A stretch of 24,375 nucleotides of DNA. It comes from a virus. Its lineage: Duplodnaviria; Caudoviricetes. Where the stretch lies: the IMG/VR virus record IMGVR_UViG_3300034685_000023, positions 1 through 24,375 of that record; one strand, written 5' to 3'. The notes under the pieces were generated by a model. It had not been told where the DNA came from. It did not search any database and worked only from the letters and a program-made list of their open reading frames with translations. Both the position numbers and the translations under genes were made by a program. Shown piece after piece: positions 7,785-18,299 of this stretch. Each line of letters begins with the position of its first letter. Position 1 is the stretch's first letter.

Positions 7785-10700
7785 ATGATTGATTTAAACA
7801 AATATAAAATAACTACTGGCTCATTGTCGCCTGAAGTGAAATCTTTAATAGATAGAAATAAGCAATTTTCTGAAAGACTTAAAGACAAAGATGAGGAATA
7901 CAGGAAAAGACAAGAAGAAAAAAGAATACAAGAATTAAAACTTAAGCAAGAAGCATTGCAAAGATATAATGGCGACAAGTCATCAAATGGAGTATTCGAT
8001 AAAATAGACAGGATAGAAAACACTACAAACCCTGTATTAACAAGTAAAACAAATGATAGAGCAACACAAAAATACGACAGCAAAAGATATGCAAAGAGCT
8101 ATGCTTATCAAAAGCAAAACTTTGATTATGCAAATGCACTATCCAATGATGTAGGCACTATATATGCCTTTAAGAGAAGCATGGGGAAATCTGATGAAGA
8201 AATAAAACAAGAGCTTGTACCAAAAGCAAATGATTATGAAGTGGAACAAAAGTTGGCGGAAATTGAAAACAAGCTAAAACAAGGCAATGAAGGTGTATTG
8301 TACAACATACAAGAAGGCTACCTTGAAAAAGAAGTGATGGACTTATTATCAAAAGAAGCTATAAAAAGAATGAATGGATTGCCTAACAAACTAGACGAAG
8401 TAAATAAATTCATAGAAGAACACCCAGAAATGTCGCTGAGTGAAGAAAACGACAACGCATTATATAAAGGTATGAGGTTCACAGGCGAATTTGTAAGTCA
8501 AACCAAAAACTCAATGGCTTATGCCTCTAAAGATTTAGACTCTTGGGCAACCGCAGCTGCTATAATAGTTGGTGGAATAGCTGTAGGTGCTGTAACAGGC
8601 GGTACTGCTTTGCCCGCTTATGTAGGTGTAACAGCTTCTGCACTAGCTACATTATCGCCTTTCGCAGCTATGGGATTTGGAATGAGTTATGGTGCAGCTA
8701 AAAAGATGGCAGAGGTTGAAGGTGGGCTTGCATACAACGAATATATACAACAAGGAATACACCCTGACATAGCAAAAGATATGGCACAGACAGTAGGTGC
8801 TATAAATGGCGTATTAGAAATGGTAGAGATGGGAACTCTCATAACTTGGCTACCCGGTGCTAGTGTAGCTAAAGATTTAGCTATGAAGAAAGTCAATTCA
8901 GAGATGACTAAGAAAATATTAAAGACAGCCGCAGCATATGGAATAAACTTGTCAAGCAATATGCTTCAAGAAGCTGCACAAGAAAGCACAACTATGTTAG
9001 GATTGACGCTTTCAGATTATATGCAAAACGCACCCAACCCTAACACGCTAGATGGTTTAAAAGAATTAAAGAAAACAATGACATCAGACGAGTATTTAAG
9101 AAGAGTAGGGGATAGTGCTATAGGTGCTGCCGAGAGTATGTGGCTGCTACCTATAGGAAGTGGACTTATAAAAACAGGAACCAATCAAATACTAGAAGGT
9201 AAGGCTAAGATAAAGCAATCAAAAGGCTTTTACACAGCAGAAGATGTAGAAACAGACGCCTATGTTCAAGAGCAGAAAAAGCTATTGCTTGATGATGGTG
9301 GAGTAATAGATACATTAAGTGAAGCTGTAATAAAAGAATCAAACGCAACAGGTCTTAAATACTTGACAGCTTTAGAACCTATGGTAGAAGCATTACTTGC
9401 CAGAGAAGATTTAACCAATGGCGAAAAGCAGCTATTGTCTAAAAAATACGAACAGCTTAAATCAGCTATAGAAACAGCTAAAGAAAAAGTAGTTTTAGAC
9501 AATCCAGATATAATATTCGAGCCTACGTCTAAAAGCGAAATAGCAGGGAAAGTCTTAAATAGAGAAGTGCCTTTCATAACACTAGACAAAGACATATATA
9601 TAGACTATTACAAAGACGCAGAAGAAAAAGGCATATTGGATAAAGTAATAGATATGACAAACAAAGGCAAGACATATTCGGAAATAGCAGATGAAGTTGC
9701 TAAAATGCTTCCTAGAGGAAAGAAAAATGTAGTAGACGCATCTGTATATATAAGTGCTATAGAAGCTGTGAACAGGGAAATAAACGCACAAAAGCAATAT
9801 AACTTAATTGAAAACCTAGATAAAATGACACAACTGATAAATGCTAAAACAATAGAAGAAGAAACAATAGAGCCACCTACACTAGAACAGAACACACAAG
9901 AAGAACAAACAACAACAAAAGAACAACCTATGCAAGAAGAACAAACAACAACAGAAGAACTTGCTACAGAAACCACACTCGAAGAAGAAACTCAACCTAC
10001 AGTAGAAGCTCAACCTGAAGAAGAAATAACAGCAGAAGAACAAAAGACACTTGAAAAAGTTACAGAGCCAGTTGAAACAAAAGATGGCAAATACTCTCCA
10101 TCAGACATAGTAAAAGTGCCTGTGGAAGATATAAGAATAGACCAACAAAGATTTCAGTTTAGAGAAAGCGGGACCACTAATAAGTTCAGCGACACAGACT
10201 GGAAAGATGAGCTATCTGGTGTATTACTATTATGGGAAGATGACAAAGATGGCACTTTGTATGTAGTAAATGGACATCATAGATTATTATTGGCAAAGGA
10301 AAACAATGTAGACTATATAAACGCAAGAATACTAAAAGATGTTACAGACAAAGAAGCAAGAGCTATGGGAGCTTTGATAAACATAGCAGAGGATAACGCA
10401 ACAGCAGTTGATGTAGCTAAATACATCAATGAAACAGGAAGCACTAGAGAAGAACTGATAAAACTAGGGATATCTCCTAGAAGTAAAATTCTAAGAGATG
10501 GTGAAGCATTATCTAAGCTGTCAAAACCACTATTTAGAAAAGTGGCGACTGGTGCTATGAGCATAGAAAATGCTGTTATTATAGGAAACGAGTTGCCTAA
10601 CAACGAAGAAGCACAAGCATATATTGCTAAAAAGATAAACGAGCTAGAAGCAAAAGATAAAATAATAACTCCATCAATACTTGAATCTTTAATCAGGATA

Positions 10701-13700
10701 GAACAGTCAAGCGGGTTTATTGAAGGTGAACAAATAAACCTATTAGGAGAAATAGATAAGAAATCATATGCTTACGAGAAATCCACAATAGTTGATTATG
10801 TAAAGAAACAGCTAAAGAATAAAAAGAAACTATTAAAGAATGTAAGTAAAGAAACAAACGCACAAATATTAGAAAGTCTTGGCAACAAAGTCAACATAGA
10901 CGAAAACATAAAGCAAATGGAAAGCACAGACCTTGCATTGTATCTATTAGATAAAACAGCGTACTATAAATCAAGTATAAGCGACATGTTCAATGAATAC
11001 GCAAAGGAACTTGCAATTACAGACAAACCATTGGCTGTAAAAAATAAAGCCTTGAACGACTTTATAGCGAAGATAGAGAATGGAGAACTGTTAAACGAAG
11101 TATTCGGAAACAATGAAGTTGTGGAAGAACTAGAAAATCAAGCAAGTTTATTGGAAGCACAAACAGAATTGCTAGGGGAAAAGATGGTAGAAGTAGTAGA
11201 ACAACCATCAGTGGAAGTTGTAATAAACCCTAAAGCGTCACAGCTTCTTGTGGAAGAAATGCAACCAGTATTAGATGCTATGTCTAAAAACCCTATATTT
11301 AATAACTTGATTGTAGAGTTTAATGGCAAGGAAGAAAAAATAGTAAAACTAACTAAGAAGGAGTTGGAAAAGTATGGATACGACAATGCAGAAGCAGGAG
11401 AATATAGAATCAGTGGATACCTTGAAAGACCTAGAAGAAGAAGGAATGGAGATAACAGCAATAACAATAAATCAAAACTAGTCCTTACTAATTCAGCAAA
11501 CAAAGGAACTTTACTGCACGAAGTGATTCACTATGTAGAGCAAATAATACCAGAGATAAACCCAGACCTTGCAAACTTGATCGATGATTGGGCGAATGAT
11601 GTTTACGAACAAGCAAAAGAACAAGGCATAGAAGTATGGGATAGAAAAGAATTACTAGCAAATGCACTTACTTTAGGTGAATTTGGATATGCAAGTGATG
11701 ATATAGCAAAAGCAAATTTAGTAGAAGTAGACCCTGATATAATAGCAGACTTTAAGACCATAGTAAGTCCTGAATTTATAGAAGCTGTAAAAGGTAAGAA
11801 AAAGTCAAAGAAGAACAAACAAATAAAACTTAAATATAAAGGCTATGCTGAAAGACAGTTAAAAGAAAGCACTAAAAAAGAGGATATAGTAGAAGCTAAA
11901 ACAGATAGACTGTCTGAAATATCGAATAAACTTGAGAATTCAATCAATGGTGCCGCCTATTATTCAGCAGACCAAATAAAAAGCATAATGGCCATAAAAA
12001 CGGAAGAAGGAATGTATGACTATATCATATTTGAAAATGGAGAAGATATAGCAGATGATACAGTAACTTTAGACAAACTATTGGATATCATACAAAAGAA
12101 CGAGCTTATATACGACAAAAAAGAAATACACGAAGAACTACAGCAATATGATAGAACAGTCGTAGAAAACATATTCAACGGGATTGATGTATTTGACTTT
12201 GGAAAAGTTTTAGACGCAGCTAAATCAGGCAATATAAACGCAAGTGATTATGATTTAATATTAAGCAAGTATGTAGACAGAAACCAAGCAAACCTATTGA
12301 TAGACGAAATAAGAAAAGCGTCTAAAACAGGTTTTAATTTGCCTAATGATAAAGTATCTATGACACAATTCTTAAACAGGTTTTTTGATGATGGAACAGA
12401 CGATACAATTAAAATAGTCTTAACAGAAAACAACAAATATGCTATTGCAAAGCTTAACTTTGAAAATCAAGATACAATTCTTGATATGAAAATATTCGGA
12501 GAGTATGACACATTAAAGAAAGCAATAGACGCATATTTAAACACAGAGCTTAAAGTAGACGCAACTAAGGAAGAATTCTACAAAGCATTTAAAGAAGATA
12601 TGATTTATCTACGTTCTAAAGATGGGGAACATTCAAAATATGTCATATCAAACAGATACAAAGAAGATGTGGTATTAAACGAGCTAGACAACTACACTTT
12701 AGCTTATGCATACAAATACAACAATATACACAAAAACTCTAAACTATCTACATTGACTGAATATACAAAAGAAAAGACTGGTGGAGAGCCTGTATATATT
12801 GACATAAGCAAAACAATAAAATACGAAGATGCAATACAAAAGTACCCTGACGACCCATTATTCACACAACATTTATTACAAGATGGGTACACAGCAATAA
12901 CAACAAAAGACACTATAATACCATTGGCACCTATGTTTGTTAAGCCTTTGCACACTACAACGCTATATACCTTCAGCGAAGTAGGACAAGACAAGATGAT
13001 AATAACAAAGAATGGCTCATTGCTATTGAATGGATTTAATAGGACTTTCTTGTACAAAGACAAGATATACAAATACAATGTAAAAGTAAAAGACAGCTAT
13101 TCTTTGAAAGACTTAAACAGAGTGGATACTCCAATATATATAGAAAATGTAGACAAATTCGACAAAGATGTGGCAAAAGCTATACTGGAAGCAGAAAAAA
13201 CAATGCACAGCACAGTATATCTAGATGGGAAGAAATATACAAACAGCAAAGCACAAATGCCAAAATACGCAGGAGAAATAATAGACCCTGACGCTGTCAC
13301 GATATCATTTACAACAACCACAGATTTAATGAACAAACTTATTGAATTTGATGGCATACCTGTACCGTCTATAGCAATAGCAAAGGCACCGCCTAAGTCA
13401 GCTGACATGGGCAATAACATAGTGTTCTTGTTTAAAGCTGAAACAATAGACCCTGCTGTAAATAAAGGAAACACAATATATTCGACTGAAATGTTCACAA
13501 GGGAATTTCCAGTAAGAACACCTAATGGAGTAAATGATGTAATCAAAGAAGTAAAAGATTATATAATAAGTAGAACAGACCATACAGTAATCGCAAGAAA
13601 GATGTTAAACTATTACAACTTTGATGAAACATACGACAGTGTACAATTCTTTACAACAGTATATTCAAATGACCCAATAGTTAAATATGTATACGCTGTG

Positions 13701-16700
13701 GATAATGGAATATACAAATACGACAAAGCTATACTTCCTGCAGATATAAATTCTCAATCAAGAGAAGCAATGGCAAAAGCACTGCATAAATATGTATCTG
13801 AAATAGATCCTAGAGATGTGGGACAATGGCTCTTGGACTTAGTGTATAAGAAAGACACGAGAATGTATACAAACAAGGCTACAAACTTTGTAGACCCAAC
13901 AGTGCAATCATACTTTGCAGACTTAAAAGCAGACAACCTAGCAAGAATGTTTGCAAACGCACCTAAGCCTGACATAATGAATGGAACAATAGACCTTGCT
14001 ATGCTAAAGGCTTTTTATGCGAAGAAATTTGAAAGTTTTGCAGAAGCACTAGACCACAGGGATATGCTTGTGGCCAGAGGTGGAGAAACAAATATGCTAG
14101 GGTATACGCAAAAAGCATATGAGTTGATAGACAAAATAATAAAAGATAACAAAGAAAATATAGAAAACTATATATCTTCTGAAAAACAAGAGTCGACAAA
14201 AGATATACACGACCAATTAAAAGACCCTGAAAAGTTTATAAAGGAAAATTTCCTAAGCCTTATAGGGCTATATTTCCAAAATAAAAAGACCAATAAATTC
14301 GATAAATTCGGATACTGGTATGACGACCACGCAGTACCTAAGCAAGACCCTCGCAGAGCTTTTCATATAATGGGGCTAAAAATAACAGAAGAACACCTAA
14401 ACGAATTAGAAACGATACTGAATGATGTTATCAACGAAACAAAAACAAACCAATTTGATGCTGTAGTAGATAGAGTAATACCATACAGTGAAATTGCAGC
14501 CGCTATAGTGCCTAAGAATATAAATCCAGAAGTTGTAAAATTCCTAAAATCTAGTGGAGTAAAAGCAATAGTGCCTTATGGCGAGAACTCTTGGAACGGA
14601 CTAGCAGAAGCTGTTATGAAAGACAACGAACTCTTGTACCAGCTTAAAAAGAATACATCAGATAAGAGAAGGAAAGACTACGACAATAAACTTGTAAAAG
14701 ATACAACAGGAGAACCTTTGACATACAAAGGCAAGACTTTTGACGGGGAAGAAACAGAAGGGAACTATTATGTAATAAGCGAAAACCCATATATCGTAAA
14801 AGACGAAAAAGCGTTCAATGACTTAACCTATAAAGATTTAAGCGATGGAGGATATGACGCTGCAATACTTGTAGACGTAGATGGAAACCCTATAAAAGTA
14901 AGACCTATAACACAACAACAACTTATACTTGCAGAACCTATGGAAGCTATGGATTTTAATGAATTACCTGAATATTATCACATAAAAGAAACAAGAGATT
15001 ATAAAGAGAGAAGTTGGGGGAAAACAGTAAGGGATATGAATATCAACGACCCTTGGATAGTAGATATACTTACTGATACTCAATTTTGGTATGATGTAAA
15101 ACACAACACAGACACATTTCTCTTAGCAGGTAAGATACTTCAAGAAAAGGGTATAGACTATGTAGAAGCTGTACTTGATTCAGGAATAGAAGTAACACCT
15201 GAAATAGAAGCAGCAGGTTTGATACTGATTGAATATTATAGACAAAATGGGAATAAGTCAGAATTTCTAAACGCTATGGAGAGAGTCGCTATTAACGCTA
15301 CTACTGCAGGACAGATAATTCAAGTGCTGTCTCAATTTGGCAAAATGTCTGCAGAAGGCAAGATAAACTATGTTAAGAGAGAAGTCGAAAAACTTACAAC
15401 CCCTAAGGATAAAAGAATTGTAGAAGAAAAGACAAAAGAAATAAAAGAAAAGACAGTAAATATTTTAAAAGAAACTCTAGATGATAAAAGACTGGGCGAC
15501 TTCTTAGAAGAAAACAAAGAAGAAATGGCAAAAGTAGCAGACTATGTAGAACAAATTTCTATGACGCCAGAAGAACAAATAGAAGCGGAGAAACCAACAG
15601 TAACTAAAAAAGAAACAGATACTATAGTTGACGAAGCTGTCAAAAAGGTTAAGCAAGAGAGAGCAACAAAAGGGCAGTCAGAAGGCGTTCAACAGACAAT
15701 GAATATACCTAGAGATAAAGACTTTTTAAGCAAGAACAAAGACAAGATTGTAGAGATAGTCAGAAATCATTACACCAATCCAGACAACAAGAGCTTAAAG
15801 ACAAAGTTAAAGAAAATAGGACTTACAGATTCAGAAGCTGCTATTGTAGTAAGATACACAAAAGAATATATTAGAAGTAGCTCTGAACAAAAACTGCTAA
15901 GTGAAATAAACAATACTGGCGTTCAAGATACTTGGCTTAGCAAATTAATATTCCAAAATGTGCTAGATGGCGACTTTGGACAAAGTTTAAAAGCGTTAAT
16001 AGCAAAGAAAGAAAGAGTGCCTTATTTATCTCAGGACCTTATAGAACATATCTATAAGATGTCAGATATAATAGACAACATGCCTGATGGCAAAGACAAA
16101 GACAGAGAAATTGCTAAACTTATCAGAGATATAAACGAATATTTACCAGTATCAAACGCAAGGAAAATATCTACATTGCACATAATGGGTATGTTATTAA
16201 ACATTAAATCTGCACTTAGAAACATATTGAGCAATAGAGGATTTAGAAATGTAGACACCTTTGCTGTACAACTGTTCGGGACACCTATAGATAAAATAAT
16301 AAGTATGAAGTCAAAGAGAAGAACAGTGCTATTTAGACCTATAGCATCATATAACAATCAAAGAAAATACTATAAGACAGAAATGCCTAACGCAGTATAC
16401 GAACAAAGACAAGGTATAGATTTTAGCACTATTGATGATAAATTCTCAAGTGGACTAGATATAGGTGATTTATCAAGAACATCTATAAGAAGAACATTCC
16501 CTAGAAATTCATTACTAGGAAAGGCTGAAACAGCTATGAATGTTTTAATGAGAGCGCCAGATAGAGCGTCTTGGGCTGCATCATATTTCGACTCTTTAGA
16601 TATGCAGATGGAATTGAAAGAAAAAGGGTACAATAAAGATATAACAGAAGAAGAAATGTCAGAAATAGCTAATGCAATAGGGTTATACAGAACATTCAAT

Positions 16701-17963
16701 GATGATACAAAACTATCCATTATGTTTAGAGAAATGAAAAGAACATTAAATGTAATCGGATTCGGGAAAAGAGAATTTGGTATTGGAAATATCATTACAA
16801 CTTTCCCAAAAACACCTGCTAATCTTATTATGAGAGGGCTAGATTATAGTCCTATAGGATTGGTTATGACTACGTTTAAACTATTGCACGATACATCAGA
16901 CAATGTATATCTAAGACAAAAACTTGCTGTTGAAGGTTATGCAAGAGCAATAGCTGGTACTGGTCTAACAGGAATAGGAGTTTTGCTATACAATATGGGC
17001 ATCATCACATCAGGCTCTCCTGAAGATGAAAGCAAATTGAGAAAGTTTAAACAGTCTATGGGATTAAGAAACTACTCAATAAACATAAGTGCTATACTAA
17101 GGCATTTACAAGGGCAAGAAAATGCAGGAGATTTAAGAAAAGGTGACAAACTATTCTCTTATGACTGGTTTTTACCTTTGTCATTCCCATTATCTATTGG
17201 TGCTGACATAGCAAGTGGAGAGTCTAGTGCAATATCCGTAGCAGATAATTTATTGAAATCTTTACAAGCAGGACTTAATTTATACACAGACCAACCATTA
17301 TTTACAGGGCTTGAAAGATTATTTGGTAGTGAAGATTTAGGAAGCGGTGTTACACAAACACTCAAAAGTGTACCATCTAGTTTTGTTCCAAGTATAGTAT
17401 CTCAACTAGCACAATTTACAGATGGAATAAACACAGACCCATACACAGGCTACTCCATACCAGAACAAACAGTCAATCTTATCAAAAATAGGCTGCCAGT
17501 GCTAAGAGGGACACTACCACAAAGAGTATCTCCATTAGGAGATGGATTGGAATACTATACAGATGACGACACATTCTACACTAAATTCTTGAAAGCTTTC
17601 TTATCTCCGGGGATAGTAACAGAATACAATCCTAGTGATGAAGCACAGTTTATAATGGATTTAGTCGAGTCTACTGGAAATGAAGAATTAATACCACCTA
17701 AACCACAAAAACAATACACTTTAGAACTTGATAATGGAGAAAAAGTGATAGTAAAACCTACTCCTGAAGAATGGGAAGAATGGCAAAGAAGATTTGGCGA
17801 AAACATCAAGAAAGACATAAAATATATTATGAGAAACTATTCAGGTAGGCTTACGAAAGAAGAACTTTCAGACGAAATAAACAGAGCTATAAGTGAAAAC
17901 AAAAAAGAATTTAAGGAATATTTGTTGCAACAGCAAAATAAAAAAGGGTCTAGCAATCGCTAG
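7785..17963 (+). CDS. Giant (3392 aa) polyvalent / internal virion protein with ParB-like, HEXXH zincin-like and degenerate ART-like domains
   Basis: Single 10.2-kb ORF with RBS AAGGTGG. Hydrophobic Gly/Ala segment aa ~254-305; acidic linker ~aa 690-770; ParB/Srx motif LYVVNGHHRL (N829); TLLHEVIHY (H1245); C-terminal helical region resembling podophage ejection-protein C-termini. Confidence 0.75.
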   Translation: MIDLNKYKITTGSLSPEVKSLIDRNKQFSERLKDKDEEYRKRQEEKRIQELKLKQEALQRYNGDKSSNGVFDKIDRIENTTNPVLTSKTNDRATQKYDSKRYAKSYAYQKQNFDYANALSNDVGTIYAFKRSMGKSDEEIKQELVPKANDYEVEQKLAEIENKLKQGNEGVLYNIQEGYLEKEVMDLLSKEAIKRMNGLPNKLDEVNKFIEEHPEMSLSEENDNALYKGMRFTGEFVSQTKNSMAYASKDLDSWATAAAIIVGGIAVGAVTGGTALPAYVGVTASALATLSPFAAMGFGMSYGAAKKMAEVEGGLAYNEYIQQGIHPDIAKDMAQTVGAINGVLEMVEMGTLITWLPGASVAKDLAMKKVNSEMTKKILKTAAAYGINLSSNMLQEAAQESTTMLGLTLSDYMQNAPNPNTLDGLKELKKTMTSDEYLRRVGDSAIGAAESMWLLPIGSGLIKTGTNQILEGKAKIKQSKGFYTAEDVETDAYVQEQKKLLLDDGGVIDTLSEAVIKESNATGLKYLTALEPMVEALLAREDLTNGEKQLLSKKYEQLKSAIETAKEKVVLDNPDIIFEPTSKSEIAGKVLNREVPFITLDKDIYIDYYKDAEEKGILDKVIDMTNKGKTYSEIADEVAKMLPRGKKNVVDASVYISAIEAVNREINAQKQYNLIENLDKMTQLINAKTIEEETIEPPTLEQNTQEEQTTTKEQPMQEEQTTTEELATETTLEEETQPTVEAQPEEEITAEEQKTLEKVTEPVETKDGKYSPSDIVKVPVEDIRIDQQRFQFRESGTTNKFSDTDWKDELSGVLLLWEDDKDGTLYVVNGHHRLLLAKENNVDYINARILKDVTDKEARAMGALINIAEDNATAVDVAKYINETGSTREELIKLGISPRSKILRDGEALSKLSKPLFRKVATGAMSIENAVIIGNELPNNEEAQAYIAKKINELEAKDKIITPSILESLIRIEQSSGFIEGEQINLLGEIDKKSYAYEKSTIVDYVKKQLKNKKKLLKNVSKETNAQILESLGNKVNIDENIKQMESTDLALYLLDKTAYYKSSISDMFNEYAKELAITDKPLAVKNKALNDFIAKIENGELLNEVFGNNEVVEELENQASLLEAQTELLGEKMVEVVEQPSVEVVINPKASQLLVEEMQPVLDAMSKNPIFNNLIVEFNGKEEKIVKLTKKELEKYGYDNAEAGEYRISGYLERPRRRRNGDNSNNNKSKLVLTNSANKGTLLHEVIHYVEQIIPEINPDLANLIDDWANDVYEQAKEQGIEVWDRKELLANALTLGEFGYASDDIAKANLVEVDPDIIADFKTIVSPEFIEAVKGKKKSKKNKQIKLKYKGYAERQLKESTKKEDIVEAKTDRLSEISNKLENSINGAAYYSADQIKSIMAIKTEEGMYDYIIFENGEDIADDTVTLDKLLDIIQKNELIYDKKEIHEELQQYDRTVVENIFNGIDVFDFGKVLDAAKSGNINASDYDLILSKYVDRNQANLLIDEIRKASKTGFNLPNDKVSMTQFLNRFFDDGTDDTIKIVLTENNKYAIAKLNFENQDTILDMKIFGEYDTLKKAIDAYLNTELKVDATKEEFYKAFKEDMIYLRSKDGEHSKYVISNRYKEDVVLNELDNYTLAYAYKYNNIHKNSKLSTLTEYTKEKTGGEPVYIDISKTIKYEDAIQKYPDDPLFTQHLLQDGYTAITTKDTIIPLAPMFVKPLHTTTLYTFSEVGQDKMIITKNGSLLLNGFNRTFLYKDKIYKYNVKVKDSYSLKDLNRVDTPIYIENVDKFDKDVAKAILEAEKTMHSTVYLDGKKYTNSKAQMPKYAGEIIDPDAVTISFTTTTDLMNKLIEFDGIPVPSIAIAKAPPKSADMGNNIVFLFKAETIDPAVNKGNTIYSTEMFTREFPVRTPNGVNDVIKEVKDYIISRTDHTVIARKMLNYYNFDETYDSVQFFTTVYSNDPIVKYVYAVDNGIYKYDKAILPADINSQSREAMAKALHKYVSEIDPRDVGQWLLDLVYKKDTRMYTNKATNFVDPTVQSYFADLKADNLARMFANAPKPDIMNGTIDLAMLKAFYAKKFESFAEALDHRDMLVARGGETNMLGYTQKAYELIDKIIKDNKENIENYISSEKQESTKDIHDQLKDPEKFIKENFLSLIGLYFQNKKTNKFDKFGYWYDDHAVPKQDPRRAFHIMGLKITEEHLNELETILNDVINETKTNQFDAVVDRVIPYSEIAAAIVPKNINPEVVKFLKSSGVKAIVPYGENSWNGLAEAVMKDNELLYQLKKNTSDKRRKDYDNKLVKDTTGEPLTYKGKTFDGEETEGNYYVISENPYIVKDEKAFNDLTYKDLSDGGYDAAILVDVDGNPIKVRPITQQQLILAEPMEAMDFNELPEYYHIKETRDYKERSWGKTVRDMNINDPWIVDILTDTQFWYDVKHNTDTFLLAGKILQEKGIDYVEAVLDSGIEVTPEIEAAGLILIEYYRQNGNKSEFLNAMERVAINATTAGQIIQVLSQFGKMSAEGKINYVKREVEKLTTPKDKRIVEEKTKEIKEKTVNILKETLDDKRLGDFLEENKEEMAKVADYVEQISMTPEEQIEAEKPTVTKKETDTIVDEAVKKVKQERATKGQSEGVQQTMNIPRDKDFLSKNKDKIVEIVRNHYTNPDNKSLKTKLKKIGLTDSEAAIVVRYTKEYIRSSSEQKLLSEINNTGVQDTWLSKLIFQNVLDGDFGQSLKALIAKKERVPYLSQDLIEHIYKMSDIIDNMPDGKDKDREIAKLIRDINEYLPVSNARKISTLHIMGMLLNIKSALRNILSNRGFRNVDTFAVQLFGTPIDKIISMKSKRRTVLFRPIASYNNQRKYYKTEMPNAVYEQRQGIDFSTIDDKFSSGLDIGDLSRTSIRRTFPRNSLLGKAETAMNVLMRAPDRASWAASYFDSLDMQMELKEKGYNKDITEEEMSEIANAIGLYRTFNDDTKLSIMFREMKRTLNVIGFGKREFGIGNIITTFPKTPANLIMRGLDYSPIGLVMTTFKLLHDTSDNVYLRQKLAVEGYARAIAGTGLTGIGVLLYNMGIITSGSPEDESKLRKFKQSMGLRNYSINISAILRHLQGQENAGDLRKGDKLFSYDWFLPLSFPLSIGADIASGESSAISVADNLLKSLQAGLNLYTDQPLFTGLERLFGSEDLGSGVTQTLKSVPSSFVPSIVSQLAQFTDGINTDPYTGYSIPEQTVNLIKNRLPVLRGTLPQRVSPLGDGLEYYTDDDTFYTKFLKAFLSPGIVTEYNPSDEAQFIMDLVESTGNEELIPPKPQKQYTLELDNGEKVIVKPTPEEWEEWQRRFGENIKKDIKYIMRNYSGRLTKEELSDEINRAISENKKEFKEYLLQQQNKKGSSNR

Positions 17964-17974
17964 GCTCTTTCTTT
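17943..17974 (+). terminator. Rho-independent terminator overlapping stop of giant gene
   Basis: GGGTCTAGC-AATC-GCTAGGCTC stem (two G-U pairs) followed by TTTCTTT and preceded by an A-run. Confidence 0.65.
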
Positions 17975-17986
17975 AAGGAGGCTTTT

Positions 17987-18295
17987 ATGGAAGAACTTAT
18001 AAGTGTAGCGAGTTTAGTTGGCATTCTATCAGGCATTGTATTTTCATATATAGGCTACCAACGTGGCATTAAAAAAGATGTAGATGCTAATGGAGTTAGA
18101 AAAGGCTCAATTTACACAGACATAGAATATATCAAAAGAAAGATTGATGATGTAGCAGAAGGGCAAAAAGACACCAATAAAGTCATAAGCAGTCTAATGG
18201 AAAGGATAATAAGAGTTGAAGAAATGTCAAAATCTGCACACAAAAGAATAGACGACATAGAGTCTGATTGTAGAGATTGTAAAAGGGAAAGGTGA
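17987..18295 (+). CDS. Membrane-anchored coiled-coil protein, holin/XhlA-like
   Basis: N-terminal TM (LISVASLVGILSGIVFSYIGY) then coiled coil ending SAHKRID; strong RBS AAGGAGG; directly before the endolysin. Confidence 0.6.
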   Translation: MEELISVASLVGILSGIVFSYIGYQRGIKKDVDANGVRKGSIYTDIEYIKRKIDDVAEGQKDTNKVISSLMERIIRVEEMSKSAHKRIDDIESDCRDCKRER

Positions 18296-18299
18296 TAAA

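Noticed and set aside
9897-9953. 21-bp direct repeat CAAGAAGAACAAACAACAACA
   Set aside because: Simple duplication in a low-complexity acidic linker (QEEQTTT x2); no independent function evident.
7769-17818. Numerous minus-strand ORFs opposite the giant gene
   Set aside because: Ser/Leu/Phe/Ile-rich antisense shadows of an A-rich coding strand, without RBSs.
7785-17963. Tape measure protein or virion RNA polymerase
   Set aside because: No tape-measure periodicity, no tail tube or chaperone genes adjacent, and no recognisable DxDGD or T7-type polymerase motifs. A highly diverged polymerase cannot be fully excluded without structure prediction.
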